Assembly (NCBI RefSeq): GCF_001194135.2
Contig: NC_068982.1
Coordinates: 28,833,426-28,897,425 of the forward strand
Direction: 5' to 3'
Length of the DNA: 64,000 nucleotides
From: Octopus bimaculoides
Lineage: Eukaryota
A program made the position numbers and the translations under genes. The notes under the pieces are model-generated. The model did no database searches. It saw nothing but the letters and a program-made list of their open reading frames with translations, and had not been told where the DNA came from. Below, piece after piece: positions 12,892 to 26,079 of the stretch (position 1 is its first letter; each line of letters begins with the position of its first letter).

Positions 12892-13185
12892 TGGAGGTGC
12901 AATGGCCCAGTGGTTAGGTCATAGGATCGCGGTTTCGATTCCCAAACCGGGCGTTGTGAGTGTTTATTGAGCGAAAATACCTAAGCTCCACGAGCCTCCG
13001 GCAGCGGGTGGCGGCGACCCCTGTTGTACTCTTTCGCCCCAACTTTCTCTCACTCTTTCTCCCTGTTTCTTGAGTAACGCTGCGATGGACTGACGTCCCG
13101 TCTAGCTGGGGAGAACACATACGCCATAGAAACCGGGAAACCGGGCCCACGAGCCTGGCTAGTCTTTGAAAGGCGACGTTATAAA
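12892..13185 (+). mobile_element. tRNA-derived SINE (OR2-like head/body, 'X' tail) with 8-bp TSD
   Basis: Head GGAGGTGCAATGGCCCAGTGGTTAGG, GGTTTCGATTCC B-box; TSD agatacag at 12884-12891 and 13186-13193. Confidence 0.88.
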
Positions 13186-13589
13186 AGATACAGCTTGGCG
13201 AACTCGGACGGAAGAACGTTGCTGCAACTGACATCAGTAAATGTTCGACTATTTTGGCATAAGAACCAGCTAGAGAATTGAAATTAGAATTTATAAGCAC
13301 TAATTTGAAATATTATAAAGATGCCCACAAACAGGATTTACGCGTGTATGATTTACGTATGAAATACTTATGTATATACCACTTGCCCGTAGACATAGTA
13401 ACGGATTATATTACGGAGCTCGTGCCATTCCATTTCCTCAATTTTAGACTTTGTAATGTATTTCTGCCAGTTTAACTGTACTAACTAACATTTACAGTGT
13501 AATTCCTCAGGCATTTAATGTTATATTATATTATCTGCAATGCTTGCTGTAAATCTGCCTCACTTCTTTTAAATGTGAAGTTAACTGTT

Positions 13590-13925
13590 AGAAAGCACCA
13601 TTACAGCGGGTGCCGATAAAGTTTCGTCGACCCAGACTCTATTAGCTTTGGTAAAACCAACGTTCTGGGATGTCCCTTCGTCCACCACCACTGCAACCAT
13701 ATTTCTTTCTGCACATTAATGACCTACTTGTCGCCTTCCCTAACAATTCAAACTCTTATTCAGTTATTACTATCCTTAACTATTCTGCAGATAACCGTTA
13801 TCCACATGTAATCTTAGCAACTCACGCCTGACGTACAATGCATCTCTGAACAATGACCATGAGAAAATTTTTCAACAGGTACACGATAACCTACTCCCTT
13901 TCAACACTTTAGATAAACAATGACA
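13590..13925 (+). mobile_element. CR1/Jockey-group LINE RT remnant
   Basis: Translation FFLHINDLL..SYSVITIL (degenerate YADDSTL), then ASLNNDHEKIFQQVHDNLLPFN. Confidence 0.6.
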
Positions 13926-14049
13926 ACACACATTGAGGCAGCGGTTTTGTGCGACACCTTCTCTAGACATGAACAACGGCACACAAATAAAAATTCAAAG
14001 CTGCTATAAATTCTATGTAGCAGAATTTGTAATTTCTAACCACTACACA

Positions 14050-14170
14050 TATAGGTGCGGGTATAGTCGAATGGTTAAGGAGTTCGCTTGCAACCACGAT
14101 GTTTCATGTTCGTTCCTGACTAATAGCCTTGTGAGTGAATTTGATAGAGGGAAACTGTGGAAATTCCTCG

Positions 14171-14204
<34 letters not shown>

Positions 14205-14450
14205 GCGGGGTATATGTATGTCAGTTTATGTACATAGATATGTACGTGTTTGTGGCTGTAGGCAGTTGTTGTCTTCACTATTTGACAACCGGTGTAGACA
14301 CACCCAAAATCAGACGGTTCGGAAGAATTGATGCATAGAGTAAGTTGCAGATTTAAAATAAGTATTGGGATCGGTTCGATCCACTAACCCCAGAATGTAT
14401 TACTCCAGCATGGCCTGAGTTCAATAATTAGCTCAAATAAAACTCTAAAA
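14050..14450 (+). mobile_element. Degenerate OR1-like SINE with internal (TA)/(TG) run
   Basis: Head gtcgaatggttaaggagttcgcttg; agccttgtgagtgaatttgatagagggaaactg; cttgacaaccggtgt-like segment. Confidence 0.65.
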
Positions 14451-14838
14451 GGTACATTTATATATACATATATCTGTGTGTGTGTGTGTGTGTATATATA
14501 TATGTATATGTATATATGTATATGTATATATATATNNNNNNNNNNNNNNNNNNNNNNNNNNNNNNNNNNNNNNNNNNNNNNNNNNNNNNNNNNNNNNNNN
14601 NNNNNNNNNNNNNNNNNNNNNNNNNNNNNNNNNNNNNNNNNNNNNNNNNNNNNNNNNNNNNNNNNNNNNNNNNNNNNNNNNNNNNNNNNNNNNNNNNNNN
14701 NNNNNNNNNNNNNNNNNNNNNNNNNNNNNNNNNNNNNNNNNNNNNNNNNNNNNNNNNNNNNNNNNNNNNNNNNNNNNNNNNNNNNNNNNNNNNNNNNNNN
14801 NNNNNNNNNNNNNNNNNNNNNNNNNNNNNNNNNNNNNN

Positions 14839-14905
14839 GCCTCGGGCCGACTAAAGCCTTGTGAGTGTATTTGGTAGGCGAAAACTGAAAGAAGCCCGTC
14901 GTGTA
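14839..14905 (+). mobile_element. OR1-like SINE body fragment after gap
   Basis: gcctcgggccgactaaagccttgtgagtgtatttggtaggcgaaaactgaaagaagcccgtcg, matching 32560-32620. Confidence 0.75.
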
Positions 14906-15001
14906 TATGTATATATATATATATGTATGTGTATATGTGTCTGGTTCCTGTTAGAAGCCTGCGAAACTTTAAGACGCATAGAACCGAATAAAACTGTTTT
15001 A

Positions 15002-15041
<40 letters not shown>

Positions 15042-15049
15042 CAGCATCA

Positions 15050-15560
15050 CAAGTACTAGGTTCCTCCAATAGAGCAGTATAATACTTCAGCCCTAACTCT
15101 TTGTGAAGTACGGGGAAGATCTGAATTAGAACAATGCTTTTGCTTATACTTCTGAACAAATATACATCTCATACTACAGCAAATAGACGGTTGTTCAACT
15201 TATTTCGCTTAATCCACTCATCGACATACTTCACCAATGACTTCAGAGAAAATATTTATGTCTGTTCGCATCTTCAAAACAGGCTCTGCTATTTCGAAAT
15301 GGTTATATGAATCGCATCTGCATCAGCATCAACCATAGCCTCCAGCTTCTTCTTCTTCTTCTTCTTCTTCTTCTTCTCGAGTTATTTTCTGTCTCTTTCC
15401 TCCCAGAATCCGCCTGCTACACGCACACATACTCGCGCGCGCACACACTTGTATACACACGCACATTATACACACACACACACACACACACACATAAATA
15501 TGCATTTATATCATTTATACAAATGTATCGATATATTGGATATATGTAGATGGGTGAGCG

Positions 15561-15631
<71 letters not shown>

Positions 15632-15640
15632 GCGCGCACG

Positions 15641-15692
<52 letters not shown>

Positions 15693-16350
15693 GGTGAGCA
15701 CACAAGTACAAAACAAGGTGGAAAAAACTCTACTCGAATACCAAAGGTAGCTTATTCGTACGGCTTGGAATGTTTAATAAAAGTATACGTGTGTGTGTGC
15801 GTGTGTGTGTGTTTATCATGTATATATTAATAATGTGTACATATATATGATACATAATATCATGTATATATCACGTATATATGTACATGCATATATCATG
15901 TATATATTTATATGTATCATGCACATCATGTATATATGTAAATGCACACGCGTGCGCATGTGTTCACGTGCACAGACGCTCAAACATGCAATTCAACCAT
16001 ATATATTACACGGTTGCTGAAAACAATAGCAACTATAGAACATTTACATTCTCATAAGAGGGTGATCTAAACGACATAAAGTATGGTATTTAATGTGGGT
16101 CTGCTACGGCGGGCTTCTCTTCTTTACTCTCAAAGGGCTTCATATACGAATCCCGTCCAGAAGTTCAATGTCCTTTATATAGAGCATTAATTCTCCAGCT
16201 TCTATAAGCAGACGATGAATGTGAATAAAGGCCTCAGATTCGTTTGTATGACAGTCTCAGATTTCGCTTCAAAGTGTTTTTATAATATTTGAGAAGATCC
16301 CCAGCAGTAAGATTACAAATTACAGACTGCTTTGGGAATGCAGTCATTTT
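15050..16350 (-). mobile_element. Ancient CR1/L2-like RT remnant interrupted by microsatellites
   Basis: Minus-strand degenerate motifs in the expected order: AF..H.RLL and LLDGIR (16350-16140), then DADA and SLVKYVDEWIKRNKLN (15340-15190). Confidence 0.4.
15465..15690. repeat. (CA)n/(TA)n/(CA)n microsatellite cluster
   Basis: Visible repeats. Confidence 0.95.
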
Positions 16351-17050
16351 GCATACAATCTATAACACCATATCAGCGAAATTGACATCTTATTAGTGAT
16401 GCCTACTTGTCTGTGGTTTACGGCGCCATAGAAATTTTGCATTGGGTATCATGCATCTCTACATACAAAGACAATTGTACGTACACTTTGTGTGCGTGTG
16501 TGTGTGTGAACAAAAGTACTTCTCGAAGCAATAACATTTTTAAAGAACATATATTAGCGACAGAGGCAGTATTAATACCAAGAGGTAATAATATCTATCC
16601 CGACTTAAATGTGGATGTTCTGTTAAAACAGACTATACTGCAGTAGATACCATGAGAGAAATTTTCATGTTGTCTTTTGATGCGGAATGCACTCTTGTTT
16701 ATCTAGCGTGGGTATAAATCTCTAGTGGTCAAGCGCTCATCATTGACAAAACCAAAGAAGATCGAAATCATGTGATTTGGTGGTCTCGACACTGGAGATG
16801 GCGGAGATTTATCTCCCCGCTAGCGATATAAACGAGAGTGCATTTTGCACCAAAAACCAATATGAGTTTCTCTTAGGGTAACACACCGCAGTAAAGTTTA
16901 TTCTAACAGAACATCCACGTTTAAGTGGCGATAAATAAAACTCCTGTACTGGGTCTTTTATATTACTGGTTTACTTAATCGACTGATTAATATAACTAAT
17001 CTGATGCATAAGTGTGTGAGCATGTGCGAATTTATGCACATGCACATACA

Positions 17051-17053
<3 letters not shown>

Positions 17054-17103
<50 letters not shown>

Positions 17104-17114
17104 GTGTGTGTGTG
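17054..17114. repeat. (GT)n microsatellite
   Basis: Visible repeat. Confidence 0.95.
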
Positions 17115-17363
17115 CATTTGCACGTATTGTGCATCGTATTGCAGCACTCCTCCACTGTTCTCAATCAGTTGCTTCATCCTATTTTCAGTTCAAAACATTT
17201 AGATCCTCCTGAAATGCTACTCACCGCGTGGCCTGTTCTCTTCACGGTTAATAATATTTGTGTTTAACATTAATAAATTTGTACTTTACATAAGTTATAG
17301 TGTAACCCATCAGATTAATGTAAAATTCCTTTCATTACAACTGAACATAAAAACAAACATTAG

Positions 17364-17399
<36 letters not shown>

Positions 17400-17977
17400 T
17401 AACACGATTGGATTCCATCCAACGCGAGTTGTCCCGCCTGGCCTAACACTTACGTATGAAGAATAATGATCATTTTTACAATTTAATTTTATCAAAACTT
17501 CTACCCACATTTTTTATTTCATTCCACCCACACTTTTAATATTATGTAGTCTGTAACATTTTATTCCTTCCCGACGATAAGTACTCTGCGATATTTTTTC
17601 AATGAAATAATCCCCTTCATAGCTTAAACATACACCAAAATACATATCTAAATAATAAGCTCTGGTATGTAAGAGGTTTATATATGTATACACGGAAACA
17701 CTAACGCAACGCGCATGATATATTTACTGATATCCTTACATACAGATGCGTGTAGTGAAATATTTATCTCTATACTTAATATATATACACAGAATAACTT
17801 GGAAGAATTTCAAAGCAGAAATAAGAGAAGATATTAAGTGACACGCTGCTTGATTTTAATCCCGTAGATGTTATCAACCCAGGAAACTATTACGTAAATT
17901 TGCTACCCAAACTAACAATATTCTGTTGCTTTTGTTGTTGCTTCTGTGTTGCCCTGATCTGATCGGATCGTGCTGAC

Positions 17978-18077
17978 CTATAGCATGCAATTTATCGGTT
18001 GGCTGACTTGATACGATCCTCAGATCTAGTGCTACAGATATAGAAACTCCCCGCTTGTCTGAGGACTCAGAGCCCAT
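17978..18077 (-). CDS. Candidate first coding exon (MGSESSDKRGVSISVALDLRIVSSQPTDKLHAI)
   Basis: ATG in strong Kozak context (aaccATGg), the only open frame of three, donor tag|gtcagc, adjacent to a CpG-richer motif cluster. No homology recognised. Confidence 0.3.
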
Positions 18078-18079
18078 GG

Positions 18080-18320
18080 TTTAGCGTAAAGAGGAAGTTT
18101 TTATCGCAAACAAACTGACTTATGATACACGTGTTCTCCACCTCTAAAGTTATCGTTATATCGTTTATGAGTACTGTTTCCTTATGAGAAAATATAATTA
18201 AGCTGGTCGAAAGTGTAATGTAATCTTTCACGTGACGTCGGTTCAAAAAAAGAAAAGAGAGGCCGGCGGACTACATTTTATTTCTCGCAATCGAGAAAAG
18301 AATCTGACGGTATTTAGATA
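18080..18320. promoter_or_regulatory. Promoter-like motif cluster
   Basis: Overlapping E-box/CRE TCACGTGACGTC (18228-18239), GGACTACA (18268-18275), inverted repeat TTTCTCG-CAAT-CGAGAAA (18281-18298), locally CpG-enriched and non-repetitive. Confidence 0.35.
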
Positions 18321-18384
18321 TGGCCCTTTACGTTTTACGTTCAAATCCCGCCCAATTTAACTTTGCCTTTTGTCCTTCAATTGG

Positions 18385-18435
<51 letters not shown>

Positions 18436-18621
18436 NNNNNNNNNNNNNNNNNNNNNNNNNNNNNNNNNNNNNNNNNNNNNNNNNNNNNNNNNNNNNNNNN
18501 NNNNNNNNNNNNNNNNNNNNNNNNNNNNNNNNNNNNNNNNNNNNNNNNNNNNNNNNNNNNNNNNNNNNNNNNNNNNNNNNNNNNNNNNNNNNNNNNNNNN
18601 NNNNNNNNNNNNNNNNNNNNN

Positions 18622-18686
<65 letters not shown>

Positions 18687-20454
18687 TATATATATGTCGC
18701 ATTTGTTTGAACTTTGAGCCTATATCAAAAATCGATGTAATATGAAAATCAAGCATATAATCATAGTTTCTCATTTAGGCAGAAAGCCAGCAGTTTTGAG
18801 GAGAGGTTGTTAGCGAATGCTATTTACCCCAACACTTGACCAGTACTATGTTTTAGCGATCGGGAAAGGATGAATGGCAAAGTTGATCTCGATGGGATTT
18901 GAACTCAGAACCTAAAGAGTCGGAAACCCAGCGCATGAAGAGTGAAAAATAAAGTGTCATTGTAATGTTAATCTCACAGGCGAGAGACGAAATGAGAAAA
19001 AGGAGGCTTTTTATAGAAAAGGTCTTCTTTTTCTCCTTCATTTCTCACCTGTCTCCAATGTTATTATTACAATGGCACTTTACCTGTTGGTAAATTCTTA
19101 TAAGCAATGTATAATACAAAATAGCTATCATAAGTTGTGTAATGAATCGTAGCCATTGTAAGATAAATTGTTTTCTAGCGATTCGTGACTTCTGCCGTAT
19201 AGATTTTCAGTTATATATACCGTTGAAGCTTAAGCATCTTATAAGAATCTGCGCACCAGGCGGGTTTGAGAATCAAAAGAAAGTCTGGTATTCGAATCTG
19301 TTAAATATCATTTAATGTCTAATGTCATTGACTTCACATGAATTCGCGGAACCAAGGTTGAGTTCAAAAGGTAGGTTTAACTGACACCTTTTCATACTTA
19401 ACAGCATTTAGAATAAATGTAGTAAATCTAATCACGTTACGCATCGATGACTCTTCTGTCACCGCCAAAGGTTTCATCTTTATGCAGTGTTTAGTTTAAA
19501 CCAGCCTAGCAGTGTCTTCCTACAAGCTAAAGACTGCGTCTGAAAACTATGAAAATAAGATGAAATACAAGATAAATAAAGTAAACTGGTTCAACCTAGA
19601 AACAAATCTGCTGCTGATTCCGCTTGTCGAAAACACGTCTTCGCCTTAAGAAATTTAAAAAAGCTAAAGACAAAACTGATATAAACCAAGCGTAATTGAT
19701 AATTACTATATTGTTTACTTTAAATATTCAATGTCAGTAAAAGATAGTATTTAGAGAACAGAAGGCAAAATTTATGAAAGAAAAAAAATCAAATAAATAA
19801 TTTAGTTTTGAATTCGATAGGTGCTCAATTCTTATGATAGTGGCATTTTGTAATTTGAGTGTATTAATAACTTGGGTATATTACTTACTATAACTATGAG
19901 CATCACAATTTCACTCTGCCCTTGAAATTATAAGTTTATTTAACCAATCCTTAATGTTGTTTCATTTCAGTCTCTACAGGCTTGTATTTTGTATATTATG
20001 GAATTTTCGGAAAACCATATTATTATATAACTTGTTAATTAGAGTAAAGTGGTTTATCTTGTTCAATCTATATAAAAAATAACACAAACACTGTTGATAT
20101 TAATTCATTTTTCTATAAAAGAAAGCGTGTTCTTATTCTGAGAGAACGCTAACAGATGTTACACACAGTATTATTACTGTTGTTCATAAAGTTCGTACTA
20201 TTTTCGAGCGGAATTTCTTTATCTCTGATCTATTATGTAGGTTCTGGCTTCATAAAATTTATTTAAAGTGTCTTATCTAACAATCTGTTCTTTGAAGTGG
20301 ATCAATCTGGACTTACTTCAGTTTGAGCACCAGGATCATTGAAGATCGTAATTATTATGAAACAGTAAAAAAATAAAAAAAGGAAAAAGACAGAAAGATA
20401 AAGCAAAGGGTTTTTAGTATATATATATATATTCTATTTTATTTTTTCCTATGT

Positions 20455-20675
20455 GAATATTGGTTTCAAGTTTTGGCACAAGATCAGAAGTTTCAGGGTA
20501 AAGGGTGAGTCGATTACATCGACCCCAGTAATCAATTGGTACTTATTTCATTGAACCCCGAAAGGATGAAAGGCAACTCGACCTCGGCGGAATTTGAACT
20601 CAGAACATAAAGATGAATGAAATGCCGCTAAGCATTTCCCCCGCCGTGCTAATGGTTCTGCCAGCTCGCTGTCTT
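20455..20675 (-). mobile_element. OK/Nin-type SINE, single copy
   Basis: cgacctcggcggaatttgaactcagaac and ctgccagctcgc in reverse orientation. Confidence 0.88.
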
Positions 20676-22459
20676 AGGACCCACAATATTTGATAAAGAT
20701 TATGTCGTTGATGTACACTGAACGTGTGTCTGAACGTATTCCAGCCTACACTAACTTGTCTTTTTTTTAAGGTTGTGTATGAATACACAGCCTTAAATAT
20801 TCCTAAACGCTGAAGTATGATTGAAAGCAAATTTGGCTGCTCTGGCCTAAAATAGTGTTATTTCGTTGACTCACTTCGAATCTAGTTAAACTTAAATGCG
20901 ACAAACACCTGATTAAATTATTCTCAGATTGCTGTATTAAGTTAACAGATTGGAAAAATAAAAGCATGGAAGAATTTTAGTGAACGTCATTTCAGTTCCG
21001 TAGGGGACTGAGTAGATTAATTGTTTACTAAGGAGGATTGAGATATGAGATCCAATAAAAGCAAAGAGAAGGATAGAAAGCAAATGCCTGGATCGATTTT
21101 ATACTAGACATGACTAAAGTACCATCTAAGAACGCTCGAGCTGTATAGGTAAGGTAGATCTGGTCTGGCTTTACGGAAACCATAAGCTGAGAATAAGATT
21201 CAGTATAGTTTTAACTGTCAACATAGTCTTCTTTTCTTTCTTCACATTTTAGATAAGCGGTTTGAGATTATCAAGGAATGAACATTTATTTCAATAGCCT
21301 GAAGACTACAATATCTTAAAGTTTTCAGTAAAGATTTATCAGTAGGTAACGAGATCTCCGCCAATAATTAGGATTATGCGGATTCAAATATATCTACACG
21401 AACATTCATTGTTCTTTGAAGTGTCATATCTTGCGTGTTTCGGGTCAATCTACTTTTGATAATCATTGACTCGCTTCGTTCCTAAGGCAAACTTGTTTTC
21501 ATCAACAAAGGCAGAAAGAATCACAATACCTGACGTTTCTAGTCATAATTCTGTTTTCATTCTAGAACGACAAGTTGTTTGATAATTATTCAACACTCTT
21601 TTTGAAAGAAAAAGAACTGATGTTTACTGCATAATCCGATAAATGTCGATAACAAAATCAGTCAGTTCTAAGTAAACTACTTTAAAGATGAAAACTTGTT
21701 TTTACCTAGACCTTATAACCAAATACTTGACAGTAAAAGTCATCTCATATAACAACTTTTCATAATAGAATTATATAGATCTTAGTGTAATGGTGAACCT
21801 CGCTATCGTTGTTTATCAACGTGAAGAATGTATTGTTAAGGATCACATTTGATTTATATAGAATACTGTAGGTGTGACGTCTTCATTCGGAACCTGACCT
21901 CCACCACGCCCACTCACACGTACACGTGAAGTGATTTGAACAATGCGAGCCCTTTTCCGTTGTTGTTTAGTTCAGGTCAACATTGAAAGAACAAAACTAA
22001 GATCAAAGACATATAGGAATATACTATCTAAATGCATCCTCTCTTGTTTAAGGTGATGGCTTATGATTTGAGGTAAATTTAGCTTCTATGCCAGGCACGC
22101 AAGCATGATGTTACCTCGTTGTCTCGCCTTGTGTCTAATAAAACGCGAATACAATGTATACTGATGAAAGGTTAGTATGTAAACCTACGCAAATATGTGC
22201 CTACAGAATGGTTTTCATAGAGTAATGGAAATATTTTAGACTTTCCAACAAAACGTTTCCATTACCATGATTTCTTTTATACTGATTACTAAAAACACAT
22301 AGAGTAAGGGTTTGTAGCGAAGACATATCGGCTCCGTTATTTATTACTGTCTGAGGTTATAAGTTTCTTCCTTTGTCATTTGAACTGATCACAGTGTCCT
22401 CTCGTTCGCTTGTTAAGGAAGGGACACATCTCACTGCTCATGAAATGCATCTGCTGCCT

Positions 22460-23200
22460 ATACACTCTGCACAAAAGGCTCGCTGTACATGACTAAAATT
22501 TCAGATGCATGTTTAGAGGCCGCGAGATCTGTAGCGGTACTGGATGGTATAGTAAGTCATTCAGGTTGTCATTTGTCCACCACGTTTCCCCACAACTTGT
22601 CTCTTTCATACATCAGTGCTGGATTAGGCGAATACCAACACTGGGTGCTTGACATTTGGAATGTTATTTGTTTTTCATAGTTACTTATGCGTCTGGCAAC
22701 ACGGTTGTTTGTACGTTACCCCTTGCGTTCTATAATTGTTCGCATTTGGCAAAAATGACTAGGTCCTCGGCGAGACTCTGGGTCAACGATGATCAGTTGT
22801 TCAGCCTAATCGGATAGAATTTCAGCCTAGCAACAACGGAAACCTCCAAAATTCTCTGATCCACTATTGATCCCACAGGTATTGTCTGTTCGGGATGAAC
22901 TCTAGAGGCACACTGACGCCGCGAATCTGGATTGTTCGTGCTTCGTGCAGGGTAGCAAAACTGTTCTATAATTAGTTGTCCTCTGTTTATGCATTACTCA
23001 TCTGCGATGGTAAGTTGTACAGCTGTTATTGTGTGTAGGAGAGATCCAGTCATCAGCTCAATTTATCGTGAGTTTCTACCCAACTACCTTCTTTGGCCGG
23101 GGTGAATAGGCAATTTTCCTCTATGTGGTGATCATGTCAAAAGAGATTGCTTGCATGATTGACAAGACTGAAAGTATTAAAGTCACTACTTTTATCGATG
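22460..23200 (-). mobile_element. Possible very old APE-domain LINE remnant
   Basis: Scattered minus-strand motifs SDFN, NRGQLIIEQFC, VHP, TDHR in APE order, but spacing is atypical and there are many stops. Confidence 0.3.
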
Positions 23201-23486
23201 AAGCAATCCTCTACTTTTTTTAAATTCTACTTAGAAAGATGATGTTGGAGAGAAAAGTTTGTCCTTCACGTGATATTCATGAGACTGGCGAAAATGGCGC
23301 ACTTGAATGGGACTGCTTTGAGAATCTGTGTTAGTACACAGTGTAGTTATAGTTTAGTGGAGTTCTTTAATAGAATCTAGAAACCTATCCTCCAGTTGAG
23401 ATTTCTCATTTCATAGCTTTTGGAAACATTTGTTTCCTATCACTGCTCTGTTTCTGCGTTCACACCACCGTTTTTATAATTAAACC

Positions 23487-23487
<1 letters not shown>

Positions 23488-23527
<40 letters not shown>

Positions 23528-23711
23528 AAGGCGCCGAGCTGGCAGAATCGTTAGCACGCCTGGCGAAACGCTTAGCGGTATTTCGCCAGCCGCTACGTTC
23601 TGAGTGCATTCTTCGGGGTCGATAAATTAAGTACCAGTGAAACAATGGTGCTGATGTAATTGACTAGTCCCCTCCCCAAAAATTCCAGGTCTTGTGCCTT
23701 TGATAGAAAGG

Positions 23712-23758
<47 letters not shown>

Positions 23759-24380
23759 GAAGGCGGTGAGCTGGCAGAATCGTTAGCGCGCTGGACGAAA
23801 TGCTTACCGGTATTTCGCCCGTCGCTACATTCTAAATTAAAATTCCGCCGAGGTCAACTTTGCCTTTCATACTTTCGGGATCGATAAATCAAGAACCAGT
23901 GAAACACTGAGGTCGATGTAATAGACTTAACCGCCCCCAACAAAAAAAAATGTCAGGCCTTGTGGCTATGGTAGAGTAGAATATTATTATTATTGTTGTT
24001 GTTAGGCGGCGAGCAGGCAGAATTGTAAGCACGCTGGGCGCAATGCTTAGCGGTATCCGTCCGTCTTCACTGCTAAGGTCGACTTTGCCTTTCATCCTGT
24101 AATCGACTAATCCCCTCCCCCAAAATTGCTGCTCTTGTGGCAAAATTTGAAACCAGTATTATCATTATTGATGTTGTTGTTATTGTTAAGGGCGATGAAT
24201 CGGTAGAATCATTTATGGCTTGGATAAAATGCTTTGCCTAACTATTCCGGCTCTTTATATTTTGAATTCAAATCTCCTAAAATCAGCTTTGCCTAAAATA
24301 AAATAGAATAGCGCTCAACGACTAAGCTCGATTTAGTCGACTAATCTCTCCTCCGAAATTTATGGCTTTTTGTCTATGTT
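23488..24380 (+). mobile_element. (ATT)n-linked array of about 4 OK/Nin-type SINEs
   Basis: Heads at about 23529, 23761, 24003 and 24188, each preceded by an ATT/GTT trinucleotide run. Confidence 0.88.
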
Positions 24381-26079
24381 AAAAAGAATAATTCCTATTG
24401 TTATTTGGGTGGTAAATTTAATCTGTCGCCTGGTGTAATACAATTAATTACCTTCCACCTTGGGTGTGTTTAGCAGAGTTAATCCTGTTTCAAGTATTCA
24501 GGCTAGGTCTTCAGCTTCATGATACCTTCGTCTCTATCTCCCACTAGTCTAGGTGACCCTTTGAAGGAACATGTGTACTACTTTCCTCATTGCAAAGAGA
24601 AAAAAAAACTGCAATTGTTAACCCATATCTAGCAATATCGTAAAGCTAACCTTTAGGATTGGGTAATTAATCTCCGCAAAATTCTAATGTGTTGAGTACT
24701 TCCATATTTTTATACGGCAGAACATGAACACACGTTCGTACACACCCATATATGCACCCATTCACCCAAAACTTTAATGCATAAAAGAAGAAAAACAGAG
24801 GAAGAAACAAACAAGTAGATAACAGAAAAAACTTGGATGTTTTTTATATCTATTATGATTTCCATTAATAACAGTATATAATATTTTTTTGTCGGCATGT
24901 TTGTATAATTCAAGGTTTTGAGGCTAAAATAATACACATGTGGAATTTTAGGTCATCTAAATAAGAATAATGTTTTTTATTAAAATAATTTTGAAAATGT
25001 TTCAATAGATAATAATCTAAAGGAGCAAGATAAGAATAATAAGGAGGGTGTGGAAGGCTTTTTTAAAGTTAGCTTTTGAATATTTGCAGAAGCGATTTTA
25101 GCAGCACAGAACCAGCATACAGATATAGTGGAAATTCCTCTGTGCAAAGCAGTATTTAGTTGAATTAGTTGTGTATGAAATAGCTCCGACGTTGAAGAAT
25201 TTTTGCCCTAGATCATCTGTATACGGGAAGAGCTTATGATGAAAGAAATTCCAACACGACTATCACACTCTTTTTTTTATAAACTACGGGAGACCTAGTG
25301 TATCCATGATTGTATTCGGTTGATTCGGTTTCATTTTTCTAGCAAGTCAAGTGCTTAATTACGTAGAGATTTCTTCAATGCTGATGCTGATGAAAATAAT
25401 AAGGAGAGGACAGGTGGAGAAAAACATATATATGTTGTGCATCTACTACATTATTTGCTGATTGTAAAATGATTTCAGGTTATTCAGTTGAACAAACTAT
25501 TGATTTCTCACTGTATCAGAAAACCATAATTTAAAGTGTGGGACAGAAGCAATCCATTAATATTGGTATCTTTCAATATATAACTAGTATTTAGGCGACG
25601 AGATGGTAGAACTGTTACTTCGCCAAACAAAACCCTTAGTAGCTTTTCTTTCCCTTGAGCTCGACTTTTCCTGCCATCCTTGTGCCAAAATTAGAAAGAA
25701 ATATATACTTAGTATTCCTTTTAGAGGCTCTTTAAGAGCAATGAAAGGCAGAAAGTCTGGAGTGTTAAATGAACGATATTTAAACTTGCGTTTAACCGTC
25801 TCCAAAACTTCAGTGCAAAAACATTTCACTATTGGCATAGAATATAATTTCCAGAGTTAATAAAAATCAATGGTTTTTCTGTTTGAAATCCTAAGTGGTT
25901 ATAAAGAAATTTCAAATTATTAGCGTTGAATCTTTGGGAGTGTTAGAAACGTTTTCTATACATGTTTTCTAGAAGTATCATTGCTGATACTTGTTAAATA
26001 TGCAAATATTTTTCAGTCGGTGGTTTGGTAGTGAAGCAGAGCATTGACGACGAGGAGGATGGATACATGGATGTATTTC

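Noticed and set aside
12893-12945. tRNA-like sequence with A and B boxes
   Set aside because: It is a SINE head continuing into SINE body with a TSD; no complete cloverleaf.
12914-13300. 128-aa minus ORF
   Set aside because: Mostly antisense read-through of a SINE; the link to the 18-kb exon rests only on a phase match.
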